Shown piece by piece: positions 47,788 through 57,295 of a DNA stretch of 64,000 nucleotides (position 1 is the stretch's first letter; each line of letters opens with the position of its first letter). Made by a program: the position numbers and the translations under genes. Where the stretch lies: the NCBI GenBank assembly GCA_963768855.1, contig CAVYJM010000006.1, positions 256,001 through 320,000 of the forward strand, read 5' to 3'. A model generated the notes under the pieces. It saw only the letters and a program-made list of their open reading frames with translations, was not told where the DNA came from and searched no databases. Origin of the DNA: an uncultured Thermoplasmata archaeon. Its GTDB lineage: Archaea; Thermoplasmatota; Thermoplasmata; RBG-16-68-12.

Positions 47788-48288
47788 ATGCTCGTGACCA
47801 TGACGCTCCGCATCCTGGTGCTGGGGTTTGGAGATCCGACGCAAGGGAACGAGGGCATCGGCGGGCGCCTGGCGCGTTCCTTGTTCGCCTCCTTCGACGA
47901 CGTGGAGGTGCGTCCCGCCTCGGATTTCAAGGGCTTCTCGGAGATCCTCCACGACTACGATTTCGTCATCATCCTCAAGTCGCTGTCCTATTGCGGCAAC
48001 CTGGGCCACGTCTCCTTGGGGAGTGCCTACGGTATGGCTGACGGATGGGGGACGAACCCCGCACGCACGCAGGACTTCGCGGACGCCCTGGCGTACGCGC
48101 GCCTCATGGGGCACACCATTCCGCGCATCGAGGTCGTGAACGTGTGCGTCGGCTCGGAGGAATGGCCGGAGCGGGGCCTCAGCCCCACGGTGGCCTCGAT
48201 GTACCGCGGCATCGTCGGCCGCGTTCGGGCGGTCGTGAAGGACGTCATCCGCAACGCCGAGCGGTCCGCGAAAAGCCCCCCGGAATAG
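47788..48288 (+). CDS. Degenerate hydrogenase-maturation-protease-like protein
   Basis: RILVLGFGDPTQGNEGIG fold start, but the D/D/H metal ligands are missing. Confidence 0.6.
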   Translation: MLVTMTLRILVLGFGDPTQGNEGIGGRLARSLFASFDDVEVRPASDFKGFSEILHDYDFVIILKSLSYCGNLGHVSLGSAYGMADGWGTNPARTQDFADALAYARLMGHTIPRIEVVNVCVGSEEWPERGLSPTVASMYRGIVGRVRAVVKDVIRNAERSAKSPPE

Positions 48289-49278
48289 TCAGCCTTTGAG
48301 GGCCTTCCACAGGAGTGGCAACGAGACATCGTAGCGGTAGGGGATGCTCATGTGCCCGTCCTCGAACTCTTGGTACACGTGCCGGATCCCCATCGCCGCG
48401 AGCTTGCGGTGCAGCGTCCGCGCGCCCCAGATCAGGTTGAACTCGTCCTTCGTTCCGCAGTCGATGTATGCGAGCCGCAGACGCCGTAGCGCAGGCCGAT
48501 GGCTCTCCAGGAGGTTGACCGGGTCCCACGCCCGCCATCGATCCCAGACCTCCGGACGCCATTCGCCGGTCTGGAGGTCGAACGGGAAGTCGATTCCCAG
48601 CTCCGGGCTCCGTGGGTTGGGAGAGTAGAAGGCCGCCATCCCGATCGTGTTGAGCACGGGATGGTCCTCCCCATGGTGGCGGTTCGGCTGACGCCAGAAC
48701 GCGTTGAGCCACCGCTTCGGTCCGCCCGCCTTCCGGAACGCCGACATGGCGGGGCCGAAGTCCTGGATGTAGCAGAGCTCGAAGAGCGCGTCGCCGCTGT
48801 GGTCCGCGAACGCGCTGAACACCTCCGGGTGGCGGAGGCCCTGGATGATCGAGCCGTAGCCTCCGGACGACTTGCCCCAGATCCCGCGCCTTCCGGTGCG
48901 GTATCTCGTCTCGACGAACGGGAGGACCTCCTTCAGGAGGTAGTCCTCGTACTGGCCCACCGCCGAGGAGTTGATGTACTGGCTGCCTCCGACACGGCTG
49001 AAGCAGTCCGGCGCGGCGATGATCATGGGACCGCACTTCCCGGAGGCGATGAGGCGGTCCATCCTCGAGGCGAGATCCTCGGAGAGCGGGTCGATGTTGA
49101 ACAGGCTCCGCCCCGTGCCCGTGTACCCGACGATGCCGTAGACGACGGGGTAACGCTTCTTCGGGTCGTGGCCGGGAGGCAGGTAGACCGCGACGTCCCG
49201 GGTCGTTGGGTCGTGCAGCGGGTTGTCCTTCAGGATTCGGCTCGTGAGTCGTTCCACGACGACGGTTCCTCGGGGCAT
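48289..49278 (-). CDS. Putative esterase (alpha/beta hydrolase, enterochelin-esterase-like)
   Basis: VYLPPG..P.KRYPVVY, GKSSGG nucleophile, DCGTKDEF, DGH. Confidence 0.85.
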   Translation of the reverse strand: MPRGTVVVERLTSRILKDNPLHDPTTRDVAVYLPPGHDPKKRYPVVYGIVGYTGTGRSLFNIDPLSEDLASRMDRLIASGKCGPMIIAAPDCFSRVGGSQYINSSAVGQYEDYLLKEVLPFVETRYRTGRRGIWGKSSGGYGSIIQGLRHPEVFSAFADHSGDALFELCYIQDFGPAMSAFRKAGGPKRWLNAFWRQPNRHHGEDHPVLNTIGMAAFYSPNPRSPELGIDFPFDLQTGEWRPEVWDRWRAWDPVNLLESHRPALRRLRLAYIDCGTKDEFNLIWGARTLHRKLAAMGIRHVYQEFEDGHMSIPYRYDVSLPLLWKALKG

Positions 49279-49325
49279 GGGATCCACTCGGGTTGGGAAT
49301 GCGCTCCGGGAGAAAAAGGCCGCGA

Positions 49326-50096
49326 CTACTGCCGGTAGTCCTCCGGCCAGAACCCGAGGTCCACGCGGACGTCCGCGAGGCGCCCGAGGTTCGTACCGTC
49401 CAGGAGATGGAGGGACGCCTGGTCGACTCCCAGGAGCCCCTCACGGAAGAGCGGTCCGAGGAACCTCGCGCCGACGTCGTTCACCGGCATGCCGCCGCAC
49501 AGCTCGTTGAACGCGGGGAGGATGATGGCCTCCCGCGGCACCTTCGGATAGCGTCTCGTCCGGCGGACGAACGGGACGCGCATCCAGCACGGCACGATCT
49601 CGCGCCGGCCAAGTTCGTCCCGAAACCCGACCGCGGGATGGTTGTGCCCCATCACGAGGGTCCGCGCCTCCATGACCTTCTTGTACGGCCACGCGTGGCC
49701 GTGGCAGAAGCCGACGTCCCCATCGCGGAAGCCGTACGGGGACCGGAAGCGGACGGTCCGCGGCAGGATGTTCTTCAGGATCCCGTCGTGGTTGCCCTGG
49801 GCGATCGTGATGGACCGGAAGGTCTCCGCGAGATCGCGGAACAGGACATACACGTCGCGCCGTTCCCGGGAGGCCATCTTGGGGACGAGGTGCTTCACGT
49901 CCCCCAGGACTACCAGGTCGGTGGCGCCGGTCCTCGAGGCGAGGTCGGTAAGCCGCCGACCCATCACCTCCGCGCGGCTCGGGATGTGGACGCCTTTCTC
50001 GCGGAGCTCCTCCTCGAGACCGACATGGAGGTCCGCGACCACGAGCGCGTCCCCGACCCGGAGGGCGGGGGCATCCGGGACGGGTTCGAGGTCCAC
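49326..50096 (-). CDS. Calcineurin-like metallophosphoesterase (Mre11/SbcD-related archaeal family)
   Basis: ADLHVG, LGDVKH, GNHD, HGH, GHNHP. Confidence 0.88.
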   Translation of the reverse strand: MDLEPVPDAPALRVGDALVVADLHVGLEEELREKGVHIPSRAEVMGRRLTDLASRTGATDLVVLGDVKHLVPKMASRERRDVYVLFRDLAETFRSITIAQGNHDGILKNILPRTVRFRSPYGFRDGDVGFCHGHAWPYKKVMEARTLVMGHNHPAVGFRDELGRREIVPCWMRVPFVRRTRRYPKVPREAIILPAFNELCGGMPVNDVGARFLGPLFREGLLGVDQASLHLLDGTNLGRLADVRVDLGFWPEDYRQ

Positions 50097-50203
50097 GCCT
50101 GGCGCAAGGGACGCGGGCGCTTAACGGTTGTGCGGTCCGGAGGAGAAGCTCAACGGCCTCCGTCTAGCGAAAGGGTTATCTTTCCGCCCGGGGAGGGGTC
50201 CGC

Positions 50204-51346
50204 ATGCCCCCCGCGCCGCCGCTGCCGACCGCTGATCGGACCTCGCATCCGTTCCATACGCACGACATGATCCACGAGATCCCCGATTCGTTCAAGGAGA
50301 CCCTGCGTCGGCTCGCGGGGCCCGCGAAGCAAACCGCCGCTGGACTGGCGGATTGTTCTTTCCTCGCGTTCACGGGGTGCGGCACTGCGTTCTACGCGGC
50401 GATGCTGGCGCAGCGGTTCGCGGCTGCCACGCCCTCCGACCGGATTCGGTCCGCCGCGGTCGACGCGTTCGAGCTCTCGAGGTACGCGCCCCGGATCGAT
50501 CGTTCGAGCGGCGTGGTCGGCATCTCCCACAGCGGGATCACGAAGACGACGGTCGATGCGTTGCGGGATGCAAAGTCCCGCGGAGCTCGGACCATCGGGA
50601 TCACCCACTTCGCGGACCGCCCGATCGCCGCCGCATCGGATGAGACCCTGATCGCGGGCAACAGTCCCGATCTGTCGCGGTGCCACACGAAGTCCTTTGT
50701 CGGTGGTGCCGTGGCGGCCAGCCTCGTTGGGTTGGAATGGCGCGCCACCGCAGGCCGCGAACCCCAAACAAGCATCGAATCCGCGGTGAGGGCGCTCGAG
50801 CCTCTGCCCTCCCTGTTGCGTGGGGTGATTCGGTCCACGGAGAAGGTCTGCGAGGAGCTCGCCGCGTCCCAGCTCGACCGCCGTACCGTTGCGTTCGTGG
50901 GCGGCGGGCCCAACCTGTCGACGGCCTTCGAGGCCGCCCTCAAGGTCCGGGAGTCGAGCTTCCTTCCCGCCCTCGGGATGGAGATCGAAGATTTCCTCCA
51001 CGGATCCTGGCAATGGCTTGACGAGAGGAGCCTGATCTTCGTGGTCGCCTCCGAGGGGAGGTCCCGTGCGCGGGCCCTCGATCTCATCAAGGCGGCGCGC
51101 CTCGTCGGGGCGCATGTGGTCGCGCTCGCGGCGGAGGAGGACCGGGAGGTCGAGGAGGCCGCCACGACGGTCCTTCCGGTCCCGAGCGTGGACGAAGTTA
51201 TATCGCCGTTCGTGAATATTATGCCGCTATACCTGTTCGCCTACTACTCGAGCGTCCAGCGCGGCAACAACCCGGACCTCCTGAGGTATCTCGACGCGAC
51301 GTACTGGAGCGCACGCCAGATCGTGTTCCCGCCCGGAACCCACTGA
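50204..51346 (+). CDS. Double-SIS-domain sugar-phosphate isomerase (GlmS/AgaS/FrlB-like)
   Basis: TGCGTAFYA, ISHSGITKTT, EAALKVRE, EDFLHG, GNNPD; exact start uncertain. Confidence 0.85.
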   Translation: MPPAPPLPTADRTSHPFHTHDMIHEIPDSFKETLRRLAGPAKQTAAGLADCSFLAFTGCGTAFYAAMLAQRFAAATPSDRIRSAAVDAFELSRYAPRIDRSSGVVGISHSGITKTTVDALRDAKSRGARTIGITHFADRPIAAASDETLIAGNSPDLSRCHTKSFVGGAVAASLVGLEWRATAGREPQTSIESAVRALEPLPSLLRGVIRSTEKVCEELAASQLDRRTVAFVGGGPNLSTAFEAALKVRESSFLPALGMEIEDFLHGSWQWLDERSLIFVVASEGRSRARALDLIKAARLVGAHVVALAAEEDREVEEAATTVLPVPSVDEVISPFVNIMPLYLFAYYSSVQRGNNPDLLRYLDATYWSARQIVFPPGTH

Positions 51347-51356
51347 CGCCCGCGGC

Positions 51357-52796
51357 TCATGGGACGAACTCGGCGAGGACCCGGCCCAGGTTGTCCGCGA
51401 CGTCTGTGGCCGTGAGGCCGTAGCTCTTCACCTTGAAGGCCAGGTCCCCTGCGTATCCGTTCGAGAACGCTCCGAGCCGCGCCGCATCGTAGGGCCGGAG
51501 CCCCTTGGACAGGAGTCCGCCGACTGCGCCACACAGGACGTCCCCGGTCCCTCCCACGGTCATCCCCGCGTTCCCCGTGTAGTTGAGCTTCGTCCGCGCC
51601 CCGTCGCTCACGATGTCGACGTGGCCCTTGAGCAGGATCGTGATTCCGAGGACCCGCGCGGCCTCCTGGACCATCTTGGCCCGTTCCTCGAGCGTGTCCG
51701 GGAGCGTCTTCCCGGTCAGGGCGGTAAACTCTCGCGAGTGCGGCGTGGCCACGGCCCGCTTCTTCGCGAGGACCGTGGGCTCCTGACCGACCGCGCGGAT
51801 CGCGTCCGCGTCGAAGACGAGGGGCTTGTCGACGACCTTGATCACCGCCCGGATCGTGTCGAGGGTTCCCGGAGCCTCGCCGAGGCCGGGTCCGATCGCA
51901 ATCGCGTCGGACTTCGCGACCAGCTCGAGGATGATTTCGAGGTCCTCATGGAGGAGGCGGTGACCGACCAGGGGATGCACGATGAAGTTCGGCGAGTACG
52001 ACGCGACGACTTCGGCGGCGAGCGCGGGCGTCGCGATGTGGACGAGGTCCGCCCCCATCCCGAGGGCGCCCATCGCCACGAGGGCCGGCGCGCCCGTGAA
52101 GGGTCCGCCGGCCAGGATCAGGAGGCTCCCATTCTGCCCCTTGTGGCTCTCCGACTTCGGGGTGGGATAGAGCACGAATTCCCCGGGCCCGATCGTTCGG
52201 GCGATCCGCGCGGGGATGCCGATGTCCGCGATCCGGATTGTCCCGGAGTTCTCCGGCGTCATCCCTTCCTTTGCGTCGTACATCGAGACGGTGACCTTCG
52301 GCTTGACGACGAAGTCCGTGCCGAGCCCGCTCGGTACGTCCACGCTCAGGATCGGCTTCCCGGAGGCGTTCATCTCCCGGATGAGCGCGGCGTAGGGTTC
52401 CCGGAGGGCACCTTCGACGCCGATTCCCAGGAGGGCGTCGATGATCAGGTCCGCATCGGCCATCGCGGCCTCGCTCCGGTCCAGTCCCTCGAAGACCGGC
52501 ACGTCCTCGAGCCGCCCGAAGTTCGTCCGCGCCTCCTGGGTCGCGAGCTGATCGGGTGGCCTCGCCAGGAGGATCGTGACGTTGGCTTCCCCCGCGAGCA
52601 GGCGCGCGGCGACGAATCCGTCCCCGCCGTTGTTGCCCGTGCCGCAGACCACGAGGACCTTCTTGCCCGCGATCCCGAAGTCCGCACGCGCGGCCTCCGC
52701 GACGCCCTTCCCCGCGTTCTCCATGAGGTCGAGGATCGACACGCCGAAGTGTTGCGCGTTCCGGTCGAGGACGCGCATCTCAGTGGCGGAGATCAT
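51357..52796 (-). CDS. nnr: Bifunctional NAD(P)HX epimerase/dehydratase
   Basis: LMENAG, GNNGGDG, DALLG, VDVPSG, GPGLG, TPHSRE, GGTGDVL. Confidence 0.93.
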   Translation of the reverse strand: MISATEMRVLDRNAQHFGVSILDLMENAGKGVAEAARADFGIAGKKVLVVCGTGNNGGDGFVAARLLAGEANVTILLARPPDQLATQEARTNFGRLEDVPVFEGLDRSEAAMADADLIIDALLGIGVEGALREPYAALIREMNASGKPILSVDVPSGLGTDFVVKPKVTVSMYDAKEGMTPENSGTIRIADIGIPARIARTIGPGEFVLYPTPKSESHKGQNGSLLILAGGPFTGAPALVAMGALGMGADLVHIATPALAAEVVASYSPNFIVHPLVGHRLLHEDLEIILELVAKSDAIAIGPGLGEAPGTLDTIRAVIKVVDKPLVFDADAIRAVGQEPTVLAKKRAVATPHSREFTALTGKTLPDTLEERAKMVQEAARVLGITILLKGHVDIVSDGARTKLNYTGNAGMTVGGTGDVLCGAVGGLLSKGLRPYDAARLGAFSNGYAGDLAFKVKSYGLTATDVADNLGRVLAEFVP

Positions 52797-52869
52797 CGGC
52801 CGCGCATCCGACCGTATCTAGTTAAACCTTGGGCGATGGCTTAACAATGCTCGGGGCATTTCCGCGGCC

Positions 52870-53949
52870 GTGGACCTGCGCCCCCTCCGTCCGTTCGCTT
52901 GGGCACTCGTGCTGCTGCTCTTCATCCCCGCGAGCCTCGTCGTGGACCTGGTATACGGTCCCGGCGTCCCCGTGTTCGCCGCGGCCGGCCTGGCGATCGT
53001 GCCTCTCGCCTGGTTCATGGGCCTCGCCACGGAGGAAATCGGGAAGCATGCGGGACCCGGCATCGGCGGCCTGCTCAACGCCACCTTCGGAAACGCGACG
53101 GAGCTCATCATCGCGCTGTTCGCCCTGGCAGGCGGCCTCCAGGACGTCGTCAAGGCCTCCCTCTCGGGCTCGATCATCGGGAACCTTCTCCTCGTCCTCG
53201 GGCTGAGCATGCTGGCGGGCGGCTTGCGGCACAAGAGCCAATCCTTCTCCCGTGAGGCTTCGGGAATCCACACGACCATGCTCCTCGTCGCGGTCATCGG
53301 CCTCGTCATGCCCGCCCTCTACGTGTTCTCGGCGCGGGCGACCGGGGCGGTCAACACCCTCGTCCTGGACGAGATGAGCTTGGGCATCGCCGCGATCCTC
53401 TTCGCCGCGTACGTGTTCGGCCTCCTGTTCTCCCTCCGCACGCACCGGGACATCTTCAACCCGGTCTCGGAGCGGGACGAGAAGCCGCGGTGGTCCCTCC
53501 GGACCGCCCTCCTCGTCCTGCTCGTCTCGACCGTCCTCGTGGCGGGGGAGAGCGAGCTCCTCGTCGGCTCCCTGGAGGCGGCCCGCGCGTCCCTGGGCCT
53601 CACGAACCTCTTCCTGGGCGTGGTCGTCGTCGCGATCGTCGGGAATGCGGCCGAGCACGGGAGCGCGGTGCTCATGGCGGTCCGGAACAAGATGGACCTG
53701 AGCATCGCGGTGGCCATGACCTCCACCACGCAGATCGCCCTGTTCGTCGCACCGGTCCTCGTCTTCGCGTCCCTGTTCACCGCCCAGGTCATGACCCTCG
53801 ATTTCGAGGTTTTCGAGCTCGTCTCCGTCGCCCTCGCCACGGCCGTGCTGGCCTCCGTCGTCTCGGACGGTCGAAGCAATTGGTACGAGGGGGTCCTCCT
53901 CGTGATGGTCTACGCCGTCATCGGCGTGGCGTTCTACTTTCATCCCTAG
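52870..53949 (+). CDS. Ca2+/H+ antiporter (CaCA family)
   Basis: NATFGNATE, GSIIGNLL, GNAAEH, DG.SNWYEG. Confidence 0.93.
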   Translation: MDLRPLRPFAWALVLLLFIPASLVVDLVYGPGVPVFAAAGLAIVPLAWFMGLATEEIGKHAGPGIGGLLNATFGNATELIIALFALAGGLQDVVKASLSGSIIGNLLLVLGLSMLAGGLRHKSQSFSREASGIHTTMLLVAVIGLVMPALYVFSARATGAVNTLVLDEMSLGIAAILFAAYVFGLLFSLRTHRDIFNPVSERDEKPRWSLRTALLVLLVSTVLVAGESELLVGSLEAARASLGLTNLFLGVVVVAIVGNAAEHGSAVLMAVRNKMDLSIAVAMTSTTQIALFVAPVLVFASLFTAQVMTLDFEVFELVSVALATAVLASVVSDGRSNWYEGVLLVMVYAVIGVAFYFHP

Positions 53950-53961
53950 GCGCGCTGCGCG

Positions 53962-54270
53962 TCAGGTCCGCAGCTTGCGGCCCACGAGCTTCTCGACCTT
54001 GCGGACCTTCTCCTCGATCTGGTTCGACACACCCTTTCGGTCATCGATCTTGATGATGGTCGAGACCCGGTCGCAATCCGACGCGACGGCCTTGTGGCAT
54101 CGGCCGATGAGCGCCAGGACCTCGTCGAACGGGCCTTCGACCACGGTCCCCATCGGATTGAGCCGGTAGGCGAGTCCGCTTCGGTCCACGAGGTCGAGGC
54201 AACGGGCCACGTACGCCGAGACGCTGGCTCCTTTCCCGGCAGGCGAGATGCTGAACTCCGCGATCGTCAT
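53962..54270 (-). CDS. Thiamine-binding/DUF77 (MTH1187 family) protein
   Basis: AEFSISP.G...SVS.YVA...SGL.Y.LNPMGT.VEG...RV...IKIDDR. Confidence 0.88.
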   Translation of the reverse strand: MTIAEFSISPAGKGASVSAYVARCLDLVDRSGLAYRLNPMGTVVEGPFDEVLALIGRCHKAVASDCDRVSTIIKIDDRKGVSNQIEEKVRKVEKLVGRKLRT

Positions 54271-54316
54271 GGGCAGTCTCGACACCCTGATATCCCGAGC
54301 CGTTCTTGCGCCTTTC

Positions 54317-55048
54317 GTGCCCGTCGACTATGCGAGGCTCGCGGCTGACTACGACGCGGTGCGCGGGAGCGACGCGCTCGACCGGGAGTATTGGTTCGCA
54401 GCCCTCGCCGAACTGGGCCGCCTTCGGCCGGGCGATCGGATCCTGGACCTGGGCGCGGGCACGGGGCGCTTCGCCCGCTTCGCCTCGGAGGTCGGCAGGG
54501 TGGTTGCCGCCGATCGATCATTGGACATGCTCGCTCGTGCGCGCGGGAAGGGCACCTTCCCCCTCGTGCGTGCGGACGCCCATTCGCTGCCGTTCCGACC
54601 CGATGCGTTCGACGTCACGCTCCTCGTGATGGTCCTCCATCAGCTCGCCGACCTCCCGAGGGCCCTCCGCGAGGTCGCACGCGTGTCGCGCCGCGTCGCG
54701 ATCGCGACCTCGGACATGCGCACGAGGACGATGGGCCTCCTCGACGAGGCGTTCCCGAGCCTGCTGGAGATCGACCGGGCCCGTTTTCCCCCCATCGACC
54801 GGGTCACGGAGTCGCTCCGGGCCGCCGGGTTCTCCAAGGTGGTCGTGCAGGACCGTCCGTACCGCCGCACGCTGAGCGTCGCCGAGGAGCTCGATCGGGT
54901 CCGGCGGAAGTACATCTCCACGTTCGACCTGCTTCCTCCCGGAGAGTTCGAACGGGGCCTGGCGTTCCTCGAGCGGGAGCTTCCGAAGCGCTATGGCGAC
55001 CGCTTCGACACATCGGCGGCGTTCACGTTCCTAGGCGCCTCAAGGTGA
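54317..55048 (+). CDS. Class I SAM-dependent methyltransferase
   Basis: ILDLGAGTG, AADRS.DML, ADAHSLPF..DAFD; probable GTG start. Confidence 0.85.
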   Translation: MPVDYARLAADYDAVRGSDALDREYWFAALAELGRLRPGDRILDLGAGTGRFARFASEVGRVVAADRSLDMLARARGKGTFPLVRADAHSLPFRPDAFDVTLLVMVLHQLADLPRALREVARVSRRVAIATSDMRTRTMGLLDEAFPSLLEIDRARFPPIDRVTESLRAAGFSKVVVQDRPYRRTLSVAEELDRVRRKYISTFDLLPPGEFERGLAFLERELPKRYGDRFDTSAAFTFLGASR

Positions 55049-55586
55049 GCTCGGCCTGCGGGGCGCACTCCGCGCAGTACGCAGGGCCCTTCCGATCCGT
55101 GTCCGCGAGCGTCTCGGAGTAGTGCATGACGCAGCCCGGGTTCTGCGTGTCGTGGGCCAGCCCGAGGGTGTGACCGAGCTCGTGGACCGCCTCTTTCACA
55201 CACCGGTCCAGGAAACGGTGCCTCCGGGCCGCGGCCCGCCCCTGTAGCAATCTCGGCCGCGCTCCGGTGCGGCGCGGCGGGCGCTGCAGGCGTGCGAGGG
55301 AGATGACCGCGGCCCGCCCTCCGATCTGCGCGTATCCGAACACAGACCGCAGCTCGCCCTCGTACAGGTCCGCGTCCGTCACGCCGAGGACCCGGTCGCC
55401 GGGCTCCGCCAGGCAGGTCTCGAACAGGTCCGTCGCCCGATACCGGCCGCGGTCCTCGTCCTCCGGAGTAGGGGGCAGCGGGGACGCCTGGGCGACGGTG
55501 ACTTCCCCGAAGCCCGCGAGGTGCTCCCGCAGATGATCGAGCACTCGAGCGTCCACCGATCCGATCGGCTTCAGCGTGACGTTCAT
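55023..55586 (-). CDS. Archaemetzincin (M54 zinc metalloprotease)
   Basis: KEAVHELGHTLGLAH...CVMHYS...D.K..AYC..C. Confidence 0.88.
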   Translation of the reverse strand: MNVTLKPIGSVDARVLDHLREHLAGFGEVTVAQASPLPPTPEDEDRGRYRATDLFETCLAEPGDRVLGVTDADLYEGELRSVFGYAQIGGRAAVISLARLQRPPRRTGARPRLLQGRAAARRHRFLDRCVKEAVHELGHTLGLAHDTQNPGCVMHYSETLADTDRKGPAYCAECAPQAELTLRRLGT

Positions 55587-57043
55587 CCCTTGACGACCCC
55601 GAGGGGGACCATCCGGGCGACGATCTTGGTCAGGCCCGCGCCTTCCGCGATGCGGACCACGTCCTCGACGTTCTTGTAGGCGCCGGGTGCCTCCTCGACG
55701 ATGCCCGCCTTGGTCGCCGCGTGGAGGTAGATCCCCCGGTCTCCGAGGCTCTTCACGACCTCGCTCGCGCGATAGGTCCGGGTCGCGGCGGCCCGCGACA
55801 TGAGCCGGCCGGCGCCGTGGCAGCTCGAGCCGAAGGAGCGCGTCATGGCGGATGGAAGGCCGACGAGGACGAAGGAGCAGGTCCCCATGTCCCCCGGGAT
55901 GAGGACGGGCTGGCCGACGCTCTGGTATTCGTGCGGCGTCTCCGGATGGCCGGCAGGGAACGCCCGGGTGGCGCCCTTGCGATGCACGACCACCTTGCGC
56001 CTCCGCCCGTCGACCTCGTGGTCCTCGACCTTGCCGATGTTGTGGCAGACGTCGTACACGATCTCGATGCCGAGGTCTTCCGCGGAACGGCCCAAGGTCT
56101 TGGCGAACGCGTTGCGGACGCCGAACGTGATGACCTGGCGGTTGGTCCATGCGAAGTTCGCCCCGCAGCACATCGCGGCCCAGTAGTCCTGGCCCTCTTT
56201 GGAGTGCACGGGTGCGCACGCGAGCTGCAGGTCCGGGAGGTCGATCTTCTCCCGCTTGACGACGCCCTCGCACGTCGCGATGTAGTCCGACGCGATCTGG
56301 TGGCCGAACCCCCTCGAGCCAGTGTGGATCATCACGCAGACCTGGCCGGGCTGCTCGAGGCCCAGGGCCTTCGCCGCGGCCTCGTCGTAGATCCGGTCCA
56401 CCTTCTGGACCTCCAGGAAGTGGTTGCCGGAGCCCAGGCTCCCGACCTGGTCCTTCCCGCGCGAGATGGCCCGGTCGCTCACCTTCTCGAACGCCGCGTC
56501 CGCGAGGTGGCCCTCGGCCTCGATGTGCCTCGGGTCGTCCGGCCAGGCGTACCCCTTCTCGACCGCCCACGCGACGCCCTCCGTCGTCAGGCGCCCGAGG
56601 TCCTGGCGGGAGACCTTCGCGAGGCCGCCTTGGCCCACGCCGCTCGGGACGTTGTGGAACATCGTGTCCACGAGCTCGCGGATCCTCGGCCGGACGTCCG
56701 CCTCCGTGAGGCTCGTCCGCAGGAGCCGGACGCCGCAGTTGATGTCGAACCCGATGCCGCCCGGCGAGATGACGCCCTCGTCGTGGTCGAACGCGGCCAC
56801 GCCACCGATCGGGAAGCCGTAGCCCCAGTGGATGTCGGGCATCGCCATGGAACGCCCGACGATTCCGGGCATCGTCGCGACGTTCACGACCTGCTCCGCG
56901 GCCTGGTCCTGGCGGAGCTGGGCGATCATGGGCTCGTCGATGAAGATGAGGCCGCTCGTGCGCATCTGCGGCTTGTAGGATTGGGGAATCTCGTACGCGT
57001 ACGGATCGAGCCGGTTCAGCGGTCCTCGCCATCCCTCGCCCAT
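55583..57043 (-). CDS. rtcB: RNA-splicing ligase RtcB
   Basis: MPDIHWGYGFPIGG, GFDINCGVRL, LGSGNHFLE, HTGSRGFGH, HRKGATRAF, CHGAGR, EEAPGAYK. Confidence 0.96.
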   Translation of the reverse strand: MGEGWRGPLNRLDPYAYEIPQSYKPQMRTSGLIFIDEPMIAQLRQDQAAEQVVNVATMPGIVGRSMAMPDIHWGYGFPIGGVAAFDHDEGVISPGGIGFDINCGVRLLRTSLTEADVRPRIRELVDTMFHNVPSGVGQGGLAKVSRQDLGRLTTEGVAWAVEKGYAWPDDPRHIEAEGHLADAAFEKVSDRAISRGKDQVGSLGSGNHFLEVQKVDRIYDEAAAKALGLEQPGQVCVMIHTGSRGFGHQIASDYIATCEGVVKREKIDLPDLQLACAPVHSKEGQDYWAAMCCGANFAWTNRQVITFGVRNAFAKTLGRSAEDLGIEIVYDVCHNIGKVEDHEVDGRRRKVVVHRKGATRAFPAGHPETPHEYQSVGQPVLIPGDMGTCSFVLVGLPSAMTRSFGSSCHGAGRLMSRAAATRTYRASEVVKSLGDRGIYLHAATKAGIVEEAPGAYKNVEDVVRIAEGAGLTKIVARMVPLGVVKG

Positions 57044-57247
57044 CGTGCGCCTCGGGGCTGACGATGGGCCAAATCCAGATAAACGTTCGTGAGCCGGAGA
57101 ACGGTCTTCGAATCGGGTGCGAAGACGTGTCAGGATCGGACCGCAGTCCGTCGCGGCGGGCCGCGGCATCCCATCACACGGGCCTCGAGTCGACTCCCGG
57201 TTCCCCTGTCTCCTTGAGTGCAAACTCGCTCAGGCTGCCGGAATCAC

Positions 57248-57284
57248 AGAAAGGGAAGAGACGGAACCCGGTCGGGGTTCCGTC
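57248..57284 (-). terminator. Hairpin terminator for the 747-aa gene
   Basis: GACGGAACCC-GGTCG-GGGTTCCGTC, followed on the minus strand by TCTTCCCTTTCT. Confidence 0.65.
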
Positions 57285-57295
57285 GTTCGTTCGCG

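Noticed and set aside
37898-49278. Hydrogenase cluster as an island integrated at tRNA-Val
   Set aside because: I found no repeat of the tRNA 3' end, no integrase and no obvious compositional break across the cluster.
55023-57032. 669-aa ORF as an RtcB-protease fusion
   Set aside because: The N-terminal part is an alternative frame of rtcB; the real protease starts at 55586.
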